Source of the DNA: Sporopachydermia quercuum
Lineage: Eukaryota
Length of the DNA stretch: 64,000 bases
Direction of reading: 5' to 3'
NCBI GenBank assembly: GCA_001599295.1
Contig: BCGN01000002.1
Coordinates: forward strand, 992,001-1,056,000
Below the pieces are notes generated by a model. The model was not told where the DNA came from. It saw nothing but the letters and a program-made list of their open reading frames with translations, and did not search any database. The position numbers and the translations under genes are program-made. Below, one piece after another: positions 47,676 to 60,132 of the stretch. Position 1 is the first letter of the stretch; each line of letters begins with the position of its first letter.

Positions 47676-49097
47676 ATGAAGGAGAACAACGAGAAAACCT
47701 CTATCCCCAACGTTCATTCTACTTCCATCCAATTGAATAAATCCAAGACAACGTCACATGAAGCATCGAATCAATCAGGATTCCTGTCTATATTCTTTTG
47801 TTGTTCTGAATCCTCAGCAGCTGTTAAGGTATCAAATAACCGGTCGATAAGCAATAGACAGCAAGGGATATCAATACCTTCAGTACGTGTTACAGCACCT
47901 GTTAACAAATCGGCAAAACTAGCTGATAAAGAGAAATCGAGTCCTGAGAAATCAGACCAGTCAAACCCTGTCAGTGCATTTCAACCTGTCGAATCCAGAA
48001 ATTCGATTCGTGCAAGATTGCAACCAGCATTATCTAATACAAGTGCCACCACAACTTCCTCAAGAATGTTAAGACAATCATCAAATAAATCTGAAAAGTC
48101 TGGTAGACTTTTTGGATTGTTCCCACATAAATCCTCAAAGAATACACAACAGTCACAGCAGAAGCAAGCTAGTAGTAAATCTGAGGCGTCAAAAGCAACC
48201 CAGAAATCAACAGTAATAATCCAAAAAACAAGTACATCAGCAAAAGTGACATCTTCAGCGAGCACAAATTCTCATAACGAAAGAGAAACTCAAAGTAGTG
48301 CTGCTTCTCCTAGTCCTAATATTAGTCATAATACCAACACAGCATCACAACCCATTCCACAATCAAATTCAACCCAAACTGCTACTGCTGTTACTACCTC
48401 TGAACAATCACCACCTTCAGTTTCTTCTGCATCGTCATCAGCTGTTTCATCATCAAATTCAGGAACAACCGCTGATAACTATCAGTATGATTATGATGCT
48501 GCTTTAACTGCATTTCAACCGGGCCAGAGCGTTTCTTCTACTGGTTGGTTACTTGAAGAAACACCCGCATCTTTACAAGGTAGAAAATGTTTGGTATTAG
48601 ATTTAGATGAAACTTTGGTTCACTCGTCTTTCAAGTACTTAAGACAAGCTGATTTTGTCATTCCTGTGGATATAGACAATCAGATTCATAGTGTGTATGT
48701 GATAAAGCGTCCTGGTGTTGATGCATTTATGAAAAGAGTTGGTGAATTGTATGAAGTTGTTGTCTTCACTGCATCAGTTTCCAGATACGGAGATCCTTTA
48801 TTAGATGAATTAGATATTCATCATTCTGTTCATCATCGTTTATTTCGAGAGTCATGTTACAATTATCAAGGAAATTATATCAAGAATTTATCGCAACTTG
48901 GAAGACCTTTAAAAGATGTCATCATTATTGATAATTCGCCAGCAAGTTATATTTTTCATCCACAGCATGCCGTTCCTATTTCAAGTTGGTTCAGTGATGC
49001 TCATGATAACGAGTTGTTAGATTTATTACCTTTGTTAGAAGATTTGGCTGAAAGTAAAGTGGAAGATATTGGTGTGGTACTTGATGTGACACTCTAA
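47676..49097 (+). CDS. PSR1: Plasma-membrane HAD phosphatase Psr1/Psr2 (SCP/FCP1 family)
   Basis: [42 protein letters not shown] palmitoylation-type motif; first ATG at 47676. Confidence 0.92.
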   Translation: MKENNEKTSIPNVHSTSIQLNKSKTTSHEASNQSGFLSIFFCCSESSAAVKVSNNRSISNRQQGISIPSVRVTAPVNKSAKLADKEKSSPEKSDQSNPVSAFQPVESRNSIRARLQPALSNTSATTTSSRMLRQSSNKSEKSGRLFGLFPHKSSKNTQQSQQKQASSKSEASKATQKSTVIIQKTSTSAKVTSSASTNSHNERETQSSAASPSPNISHNTNTASQPIPQSNSTQTATAVTTSEQSPPSVSSASSSAVSSSNSGTTADNYQYDYDAALTAFQPGQSVSSTGWLLEETPASLQGRKCLVLDLDETLVHSSFKYLRQADFVIPVDIDNQIHSVYVIKRPGVDAFMKRVGELYEVVVFTASVSRYGDPLLDELDIHHSVHHRLFRESCYNYQGNYIKNLSQLGRPLKDVIIIDNSPASYIFHPQHAVPISSWFSDAHDNELLDLLPLLEDLAESKVEDIGVVLDVTL

Positions 49098-50225
49098 TTG
49101 TGAACTTGCTATTATTTGAACGCTTAAGATGCTGTTATAAATCAATCATGAAACCTAATTTAAATGAAAATGAAATAAATTGAAGAAATAAGTCAAAGCA
49201 AGAACTAGAATAGGAATGATCATGTACATGTCAACTGTCAAAAAAGGTATATATGGCACACTGTCATATCTGCCTATCTTTTCTTTATTGCTATATTAAT
49301 ATCAAAGCATTGTGCAATGAAGGAAGGTTAAACAAACCATCAGCCGACTATAGAATATTAACAAATTTTTCTGTTCTTTGTTTTGCAGAACTAGCTCAAA
49401 GTAGCTCATTATATTATATTATTCTCGTTGTTGCACCACACCCCACTTCGATTAATGAACGTTTAATCCAACTATGAAAGTAATGTTGATCACGGTTACG
49501 AGTCTTTTAGACTGATTTTCACGGTTAGAAATAGCACCTGATGTTCTATATTTGACTACGCTGCTTTCAAGAATACAGAGAACATAATGGCCCATAATTG
49601 CTTTACATGTGGTTGTTGTTATTTCAACCTAAGAGATGAACAATAACTTTATCTTCGTTCCCTTCGCAATCTTATTTCATTGATTATCTCATATCAACTA
49701 ACTTGAATGTCAGTGTCCCAATTAACTCATATTACAAACGATCTTTTTATTGTCTATCTTTCTATCGTTATCTGCTCAATATTGGCGCATTAGCTTTGCT
49801 TTCAATTCTCTAATTTATCTGTTATTTCTTCATATCTGTTTGTATCTTTAATTATCACAATTGTTCTTAATACTCTCCTTTTTCTTTACTTTTTCTTTCA
49901 CAATTGTTATTATCTGTTTAAATGTTCCTGTGTATGTTGGTTATTGGTTTGTTGGTTTATTTGTTTGTTCTTCATTTTTAACGAGTTTACAGATCCCATT
50001 CAGGTATTATATAGCTTGGGTCACTTCTTTGTTTTGATTTCTACTCTTCCTCCAGTTGATGATACCTGCTTAATAGATTGAGTAAAGGTCATGAAATTTA
50101 CACTAATAATAAATCACTCATTAATAATAAACATTAATCAAACTAAAAGTATATAGTAGGTATACAATGTATAATTCAACGCATAATAAATAAGGTCTTT
50201 AATTTTAAGGATTTGAAACTTTACC

Positions 50226-51828
50226 CTATCTTTTATCGGTATTTTTTGATTTGTCTTTATTGTGTTTTTTTCGTTTCTCGCCGCCTTCTTGATCCTTCAA
50301 TGCAACACCAATAATATGTTGTTCACGTTCAGGTGCAGGTAATGGTGCCTTTTGATGTTTTCTGAGATTCTCTTCTTTACGTTTCATACTATTTAATTCA
50401 ATCTTCTTTAGTTCAGCAGCTTTCTTGACAACCTTAGGAAGATGTCGATGTTTGGATATTCTTCTAATTTCTGGCATGTATTTATATCTCTCCTTTAATG
50501 CGTTATCATATTCTAGTTTACTTCTTTCCTTAGCAGATTTTACTTGGGTTCTTTCTGAAGCATTAGATCTCCAGAGCCTCACATTACCATCATCAGAACC
50601 AGAAAGGATAAATTTAGAGTCCATAGAGTATTTCACAGAAAATATATGCTGCATTCGTTTTGTATGATAGATATCTCTTGAATGACCTTCACGAGATTTG
50701 AATATTCGGATTGTTTTGTCATAACCAGCAGTGACAACTTCCTCACCTGTGGGTGAGAAGTCAACATCCATCACAGCAGCAACGTGGTCTTTATAGATAT
50801 TGAGTGCTCTGTTTAGCTTTCTCATATCATAAAGATACACATTATGATCTTCGTTAGCAGCAGCAAAATTGAAAGCCTCCATCGGATTCCAGCATAAGGC
50901 ATTTGTTCTTAATGTCGAAACCATTTTTTGTACTGGTGAGTTTAATCTTATGTCATAAATAATAATACTTCTATCGGATCCACTTGAGGCGAAAACGGAT
51001 GTCTCGGTTTGATTGAATTTAACAGATGTAACGTTATCAGAATTATCCCAAGATAAATCGGAAATTGGTGCGCTTCTATTATAATCCCATAAATTGAGTC
51101 TTAGGCCACCCGTTATAAAATTTGTTCCCTCATAGTTTGAGTCTATTCCTGAAAATCCATATTCTCCAAAAAAAGTCTTTTGTATTCCTCCTTTAGCAAT
51201 TCCATCATCACCATGTCTTTCATCCATACTTATCAAGCTTCGGTTCATAGTGTCCCACAGCTTGACAGTTTTATCTGAACTACAACTTAGAACGTTACCT
51301 TCACGATTGACTGTTAAGCCACTAACGACTCCTGAATGTCCTTTGAAGCTCAAAATTTCATCATGAGATGTTAAATCCCAATACTTAATCACACCATCTC
51401 CAGATCCTGATGCTATTCTATTTAAACTCCTACTATCTTTTGCAATCACATAAACGCCATCTGCATGACCACGTCCTAGCTGACAAATAAACGGTTGAGC
51501 AAACATTCGCTCCATCTTTGTCGCCGTTAGGGCTCTGGTATATTCCCTCGCCCTTTCAAATGGATGTAACGCTGGGTCCAAGTTCCGAGGAACTGCTTGT
51601 TCCTGTGTATTTCTCACAGGCACATAAGTCTCCGTTGATCTGCTGATTGTCTTCACTTTCTGCCATTGTCGGTTAGTATTAATCCATTCAAATCAAGTAT
51701 ATGGTATATATATCTCTATATTCATCGATACATAATGAGATAGACAGACATCACAGCTAGATAGATGAGTTTGACTCATCTGTTCTTTTCCTTCCAGCTG
51801 TCTTTCACTCAATTTACCAACATACCAT
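50226..51828 (-). CDS. SOF1: SSU processome WD40 protein Sof1/DCAF13; exon 1 = ATG (51828-51826), intron 51825-51660, exon 2 51659-50226
   Basis: AAAAATG|GTATGT...TACTAAC...CAG|AAAGTGAAG gives MKVKTISRS; also RNLDPALHPFERAREY and MERMFAQPF. Confidence 0.96.
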
Positions 51829-52463
51829 TTTTAAGTATAACTCTGTCAATAAAACAATACATCCTACTATGATTCCAAGCCAGTTAATAGACAGAGAACG
51901 CTTCAAATCAATCACTCATAATCAATCACTATAGGAAAAATCTCTTCGCAGAAAACATTTTTTTTTACTTTCATTCTTATGTTTAGTATGATACATCCTA
52001 AACTGGTAATACATATCATATGACTTTAATCAGTATTTTTCTAAGGGGGGTGTTGTGAGATACCCGATTCTATATCTTATTATTCTATTTAAAGATTACG
52101 TAATCCAAATATAGCGGTTCTAAGGGCCAGATGGGATGCCATGGGGTATCTATCTATGCAATTGAGAGTTGGATAAAGCCCCAAAATAGATGTGGGAATT
52201 CATAATGAGGTGCCAAGAGACAGGGTGTAAGAAAATTATTCTTTTTTTGGTATAGTGGGTCAAATTTCCAAACCATGTAACAACGTGAGATCTGAGCTTT
52301 TGAATGCTCTCCACTCTTGAAGATACATAAGCCTATCACAAGATCCTACAAACAAGTAAACGCGATTCAAAACCAAGAAGTTCGAACATAAAATGAATTA
52401 TTTACAATCACATGACTCATTCCAATATGAGCACATATATCAATAGCTATCCATCCAACTCAT

Positions 52464-55005
52464 CTATATAGCTTCAGATATAATACGAGCAGCTTCCTTA
52501 TATGTTTTCAATAAGGATTCACACTTAGCCCTATCCTGAGCAATCGTTTCATCTTCTCGCAAGAGCTCATCAAACAAATCTTCACGATACAACTTAGTGA
52601 CTAATCTATTTTGTATGATTTCTTTGCTATAATTCACCAATAAGCACATGACAGCCTTCGGGACCTGATCTTGAATCATCTCCCGGACAATATCAAAATA
52701 AGATATGATAAGTCTTCTAATAAGTTCACATTCTAATTTCTCTTTCTCAGTAAACTCAGCTTGTGCACCTGCAGATCCTCCAATTTCTAATGCACCCATG
52801 CTGGAAACAATGTTTCTTCCGTGAAAAGGATATTGGAATGAAGATCCTAAACTCCCATTTCTCTGTTGTTGCATCGATGATTGTTGAGACATCGATGCTC
52901 TTGAAAGATTTCCTTCCTTGTTACCGAAAAAGTAATTCAAGAAAGAGTCTCTATGTTCACCGTTGCTTTGGGAGGACATAGAGCTATTGCTTCTATTCAT
53001 ATCAGCTGGGCTAAAATCGGCAGCTGGGTCGATTTCTGTTGAACCAGTAGATGTTCCTGATGGCTCATTCTCTTCCTTGGTTAGCTCATTGGAACCATTT
53101 GTATCAGTTGATTTTCTAGGCGCATCATTTTCTGCTTCGAGTTTTTTCAGTTTTTCAGCTTCTGCACTAGCCAATCGGTTTTGTTTCTTTTCTTCTAAAA
53201 TCTCAGCCATTGCAACAGAAGGACCAACAAAGCTAGGATGATTTGTATTTATATAAGCTCTATGAATAGATATCAGACTTTCTACGTAGGAACTAGTAGG
53301 TCCTAATCTTTCTCTCAATAAGTCTGAAACGACTTCAATGAGTTTAGCTTGAAGTTTGGGATACCTGGATAATTCTGGGTTTCCACAATTATAGCAGATT
53401 TTCATTAATTCCTCGTAAACCATTTCAACACATCTTTGAGAAGGAGGTTCCAACAGTTTGATTTGAGGTTTGACTAATAAATCAAAGGCTAGTTCAGGAA
53501 CAAACAATGATGGACGAGGTCCCATTGAGTTTCTAACAGCAATCCTGATATCAGACACGCTTAGATTAGATGTAGCATTGATTGATTGTAAAGACTGACC
53601 AAATACTTCATGGTATATATGGTAAATTCTGGCACCCCCGCATAACTCATCGGTTGAAACTTCACTTGATGTTCCTTCAATTGATGAGATGAAATTAGAA
53701 GCAAATCTAGTCATCAATTGCAATATTAACGGGCCTCTATTTTCTGGACCTGAAAATTGATAATCTCCATATGATGCAAGTTCCTGTTCTGTCTGGCTCA
53801 TCAAAGTGTTCAATTTGGCCTTGATATCAGGTAATTTCTCTCTAATGTGGTTCATTAATGTAGTATTCAACGACTTTGCCAAGTACTTGGTTCCGCATTT
53901 ATAGCTCATATGTCTATAAACAGGATGATTATCAAAAAACTCCTCTTCTGATCTTAATGAATCACGAAGTGATTTACCAACATGAATATCTTGTTGAGAT
54001 CGGTTAACTACGCCAATGAATCCAAGCTTCAAAGGATACACTTTACCAGATAGAATTTCACCTGCGTTTGTTCCATGATCCATTAGGTCTAATTTTGTCA
54101 AAACACCAATAGTTCTTTTGCCTTGTGGATCAACTTGACTTGCCAATTTCAAAGATTCGGAGTTAACTAAATCAACATTAGCAGGCGAAACAGCAAGAAT
54201 AATGGAATTTGGTTTGGAAATGTATTCTAAAATCAAATTACGTGTTTGCTTTTCAATGTCAGTTGGTTGATCCCCAATTGGAATTTTGGTTAAACCCGGC
54301 AAATCAACTAAGGTCAAGTTCAAAACATGTGGGGAGAAGATTTTCAAGTTGATTGGTTGACGAGATATACCTTTATTGGTACCAGCTAATCTAGCCGTCT
54401 CGTTCTCAATTTCGCGTCTTATTTCATTGAAGTCGTAGAACCGTTTTCCAGGAATATGTAAAAACTCCCCCCATTCTTCATACTGAGCTGGTCGCAGATT
54501 TGATTGTTGTTGTTGTTGTTGGCCAGCTGCTTGAGAAGATAACGAAGCATTAGAGCTAGACAAATCAGGTTCATATCTAATGGAGCCATTTTGTTGCTGT
54601 TGTTGGCCATAAGGAGTACTTTGAGAAAATTCTTGCTGTTCGGTACTTCCACTGTTATTTGAAGGAGCAGGAATATTGAGAAGTTGAAGAACTAATGGTC
54701 TTCGGGTTACAATTCCAGTTCCTCGAGGTAAAAAGTCTCTACCAACTAGATGTAATTGTTAGTCGATCCAAATATATGACGTAGAGCCATCTTCATGATT
54801 TCAATGAAATGAGTACTCTTTCAAGGAAAGAAACAAAAGAAAGAAAGAAGAGCATACCAATGTTTTCCAAAACCGAAGATTTACCACAAGATTGAGATCC
54901 AACTACAACAACTTGTGGAAGATCTAATGCATCAGATCCTATGGTATTGAAGACTAGATCTTGTAGCTTATTCACCACAGGAATAAGATCTTCCAAAGAT
55001 GACAT
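52464..55005 (-). CDS. DNM1: Dynamin-related mitochondrial fission GTPase; exons 55005-54858 and 54745-52464 (809 aa)
   Basis: [49 protein letters not shown] after removing a GTATGC..GACTAAC..TAG intron; [16 protein letters not shown] insert B, GED. Confidence 0.97.
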
Positions 55006-58000
55006 GATTAATATAAAACTCAACAAATCTTCAATGATTCAGTATAACTCTATAGTTATAAAATTTAACTGCGTTATTAATCGTAGTTTTAAACAATGTT
55101 TCGGAGGATTATCAACAAATCCTCTCTTATATACAACTTCTAACGTCACCGTTTTTTAACTTGTCGAATGCGTTGGATAGATCAACGAATAGATAGATAG
55201 ATCAACAACAACAACAATTAAATTAAATTAATCATCGAAAGATCAACCAGGATGCTTGTTGAATAAAAATCAATCTCAGATACTAGAAGTCAAATAGTTA
55301 CCAACTGAAGCTCAAAATGCCTTAATAGTTAGTTACTCGTTCTCGTATATTAGTTTTAATATCAGCTAGATATAATCTGAGTACGCCATCTATGACCCGC
55401 TCCTTCCAATCCAGATTTGGTATTTACCTTTGGAGAAGTTTCATAGGATTGAAGATATCGGAGACTGTGTTAGTTGTATTATTTCCGTAATACGTTAACG
55501 AATAAGATGGAATACAAGGGAGAATCTCTGTTTTTCATTGTTTCCGAAATTTTGCAAGAAGAGCTTATCCATGTTATACATAGGAGACTATTCAATTGCT
55601 TGGTTGGTGGAGAAAGAAAGATGATTCTGATACGGTGAAAATAAGGGTTGAGCTAATTAGGAATAATCAACAAAAGAGTTCTTACAAATCCACTGGTATA
55701 AGAGCTTGTAGTTAGTGAATATCTAGCGATATGTTGTTGCAATTGAGGTGTGCGCCGCAAGTTTGAAATGTACACAATTAGGGAGAACGGGAGTACTATG
55801 AGGTTTTCTATCGCGCGCATGGAAGGATTGATTTGTAGTAATCAAGATGAATATTTTGGTAAGTTCTAGTTGGTCATTTTGGATATTGGCTCAGAATGTA
55901 CATCATGGCAACATTTCTACGGCACTGATCCTAATGATTGTGGTAGTAGAAGCAATGAGACGTTTAAGGGGATTAAATCTACGGGTTATAACAACTATTG
56001 AGGAGATCAAAGTTAGACAATCGAAATACAGCCTTTATCATAAAACTGGGTTTTCGTGTACTAAGTAAAGTGGTAGGCGTCTTGAATGATCTGGGTAGAG
56101 CGTAGCGCATTTCTGTAGGTAAATCTACTTGTTCAGTATGTTACTATTGCTGTTATTTTCAAACAGTATGGTCAATTCTCTTGTTGCATTGTAAACAATA
56201 TTTAATTGATTTATCGAAAAGACTTTATCTATTCACTTCTTAAAAATTAATATTCTTTTAAAAGATGTGGTTTATACGACACATCTATTCCAACGCATAT
56301 TATATGTCAACTTTATTATATATTCTACGTTTATAAATAATTATTCCCTGTCCTCAACAAATCATCAATTCATTTCATATTTAAAAAAGACTCGAACTAT
56401 AATATTAGATATTTCATTTATTCTTTTCAAACATGATGAGCTATGTATAATTCGGTATGCAAATATAATATAATCAAGCAGTTCAATCTTCATTCAGGGG
56501 TAAATTAGTGAGTGTCTCAGCACTAAGTATTGATCCTCAACAGTATACAACCAAAGAAAACAGCAACGCCACCAAATTCCCAGTGGTGTCCTTAATAATA
56601 GAATTTTCTATCAAAATAATCTATTTAACAATAACCATATTATTGCATAATGATCTCTAAGATTACAGAATTTTGATGTTCTTGTATTTAAAGTTGAATA
56701 GGGGCCATCTATGATTCTTCAGTACCAAGACCCTCACCGCGTTCTAACGCGAAACTGCTATATTGATATGGTAATTATGTGATGAGATCAATAAAGGAGA
56801 CAAGATATAAACTGTTTACGTTTTAATCTAGGCTAAATATTGTTCAATTATAGGTTACCCATCAATTTCCTTAGTGTGGTCTCGAAACTCAATTGATAAG
56901 TATTGTAAACGAGGCAAACGAGAACTCAATAATTCAATACCCCTGATTTTTCACTTTAAATTTATAATACGGTTCTCGGTCAATAATACGAACATAAGGT
57001 GGGGATACAGCAGCGATATCAATTTTTACACAGAATTTCAAAGCTTCTTAATAGTTTTTCCGTATCTACTGATGAAACGATTCAACTGGCTGCTCCTTTT
57101 ATTGCGTGGTTACTATATATCGAATCTTTCACATATCATACATTCCCATCCTATTGTTTAAGATTAAAAAAATCCTATTTTGTAATCCCCTCTAAGCTCC
57201 GTCTCAAAATTTAACCAACTAATGAACATACACTCATCTATTACGGAAAACAAAGAAATCATTTCAAGACAGCATTGCACTCTATGTATCTGCCCATCAC
57301 TCTTTATCCATCTCCCTCTCTCAAGAGAACACAACACAGCTCACCCCGGCTTGTATGTTGTTCTGTAATCGGATTGAACCGCTGGATAAGAAATTCAGAT
57401 CACAAATTCCCTAATTTGGAAATTAGTCTTAATAATGTCAAAATAAAGTTGTGTACAAGCTTTGTATTGAAAAAGCTTAACTTAATTTGTACTGTAAGTC
57501 AACTTACCAAAGAAACATTGCGGGTAATTGTAACGCAATATTCACAAGAGATGAGCTGCTTCCTTGAAGCAAAATAGAAAAAATCGAAGAAAAAATCGAA
57601 GAACTACTGAAAGTGGTTTCTACTTTTGGGAATTTAACAAATTGTGACATGACCGACCATTACTTTCATCAGTGTTTTTTCCGGCTAATTGCACATTTCT
57701 TATTATGAAAATTGGGCTTCTTGTAAACAGATCAGAATGACTAAAGTCTGATGAGTAAGGTAAGCACAATAAGTCATTTTATTTTACTAAGTAATTTGTC
57801 ACGCCATCAGTAAATGTATTTCTTCTTGCTAGTTACTTAATATGGAAAGAATTTTCGCTGTGAAAAGTTTGCAACGATAACTTGACGAAAGACATATATA
57901 TGTTGGAGAGTTTTAATGAATTTCCGCGGGTTGGCATTATGAAATTTATAAAGAAAGGCAAATTGATAATAAAACCTATAGATTTATTNTTGGTATTTGA

Positions 58001-59508
58001 TATCAAAGAAGTGATGATATTTTTGATTGTTGTTCCAGAAGTACAAACAGGACAAAATGAATGAGGTTGCGGAAACATATTAATTTGCATCAACTTGCAT
58101 GATTGCTGGTAGTGACAATACCAAAGACAAACGATAAACTGTTTGGATCAATTATTGTATTCTACATTTCCGAAGAGAATAAAATATACTCTGAAGAGAC
58201 AAATGTCAATAGAAAAATCATCAAGCTTTATATACGTAGTATTTGTTACATCTAACTCGATCATTGACAAGTGAGCAACTTGTTTTCACTCATCTTGCAC
58301 TGGGTCTAATAGGCCACTTATATCCCCAGTGCATACATCTTGCAGGAAATCTTCATATATTGCAAATTCATTTTCAATCTTTGTTCTTTGATGACAATAT
58401 TCATATCATACAAACTCAGTCACCAGAGTATTTCTATTTTACCTGCAATGATTCATTTTTTATTCCAATCGCAACACAATTTGTTTGTACTTATCGTATG
58501 GGTTAATTACGATTTTCTTTTGAGTATCGTTATAGCTAATTGATCAGCCTTTCGAGTGTTAACTCTGCGTCGTATTGTATACGACGAGAGATAACTCTCT
58601 ACTAAATAAACAAACAAACAGCCAAACAATACAAGCTCAACTCATCATGATTTTATTATTTAAATCTTCATTATAGCCAAAATTTTATGTTATTTTTCTC
58701 ATCAATTATAATTTCAACATCCTCTCCTATCTTGTTTCCACTTAGCCCATCGATTGGTAACTTTCTGACATAATTTAAATCAAATCACTTTCCAACAGTT
58801 CATCCCTTAGTCGATGCTCGTTGGCTTTTCCTTACCTTCTTTCAAACGGTTTGAATTATCATATAAATCAATAGGTACCTAAACCTATTCACTATCAGGA
58901 AGCTTTGTTTCATGCAGTCTAATTTCATCACAACAATAGCAACAATAACAATAACAACACATTCATACCTACTTCGTTCCAAATCCATAGAAATAAAACC
59001 TTCCCTATTAATTAGACTTTCTTCGGTATATTGATATACCGAACTTTCTTTAAGGCTTCACATCCAAATTTGTAAGAAAAATCGTATCATAAAATGTTTC
59101 CCAAATAATAAGCTTCTCTCTCCACTATTAGAACTATTGTAACATATAAAAAGGGAAGAAGAGCCAACCAAACGACTTCTTCGAAACAATATCTGACGAG
59201 AAGCAAGGATGAAGGAGCTTTATTCTTTTGAAATATCATGTTAAAAGAAAACAAAGTATAAGATAGAGGTTAAAAAGGCTGTTTTGAGACCCGCTATTAT
59301 CATTGACTTAAAAGCGTACTACCTGCGAACGAAAAAAGAAAATAGCTGATTAGAAGTCGCTTGGTCATTTGACAATTAAGAAGAGGAATCACAAAGATTC
59401 TGCTCTAAAATATCAAGAGTTGCATTTCAATTGACACGGAATACAGCTTGAAAAAGAATACGACTTGGAAATTGGGAGATTCAAATATTCAATTCTACAA
59501 CAGAAATA

Positions 59509-59724
59509 ATGATTGCTAGTTCGTTTGTATTCAACGCTTATCGACCATACGCCATGAAGACACCTTTTTTCCAACGAAGGGCTGGAGTCTTGATGCTATC
59601 ATATCTAGTTATGAGTCTCACTGTCCCGTTCATGTTCCCTCTAAAATCAAGTTTAAATCATGAGATTGAAAGTAATAATGTGGTGCAACACCATCATCTA
59701 CACAAAGGAGTTGTAATGCACTAG
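59509..59724 (+). CDS. Putative 71-aa single-pass membrane microprotein
   Basis: AATAATG start context, TATAAAAA at 59145, acid-free N-terminus, hydrophobic AGVLMLSYLVMSLTVPFMFPL, His-rich tail. Confidence 0.5.
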   Translation: MIASSFVFNAYRPYAMKTPFFQRRAGVLMLSYLVMSLTVPFMFPLKSSLNHEIESNNVVQHHHLHKGVVMH

Positions 59725-60132
59725 ACTCATATTCATATCTGTATTTAATGGCGCTCTCTTTATAAAGAGAACTGTTGCTGTTGCCTGGTGTATATCAACA
59801 GTTCAATAAAGAATGTGGATGTGAGCAGTGAGCACTAGCTAAGTGTTCTTCGCTTTGTTCATGTTGGGCTTCGGTTTGGTTTTTTCGTTATTCGTTCTTT
59901 AATGTTATTTCAATTTGGATTTATATTGTATCTTAATAAAATGGTTGGCTGGTCTACGAGTTGGTTCTCTGATTTACTTCTGTATTCACTAATATACAGT
60001 TAATTAAGTATCTATAACTAAGAAAATAAAAGTTGTTTGTACTGTCATATTATTCCTTATAAAATGTAGATGGTGTATTATTCTTGTCCCTGTTAATTGT
60101 ATTTCTTTACCCAGACCTTACGCAAAATGAAC

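Noticed and set aside
47770..47810. CAG|GA-TTC as an acceptor giving an [10 protein letters not shown] (myristoylated Psr1-type) start
   Set aside because: No CTAAC branch site nearby and no upstream ATGG|GT donor found; the frame is open from the ATG at 47676.
55100..59400. Centromere in the long AT-rich intergenic region
   Set aside because: No CDEI-II-III arrangement, long inverted repeats or LTR cluster visible; divergent promoters can explain the length.
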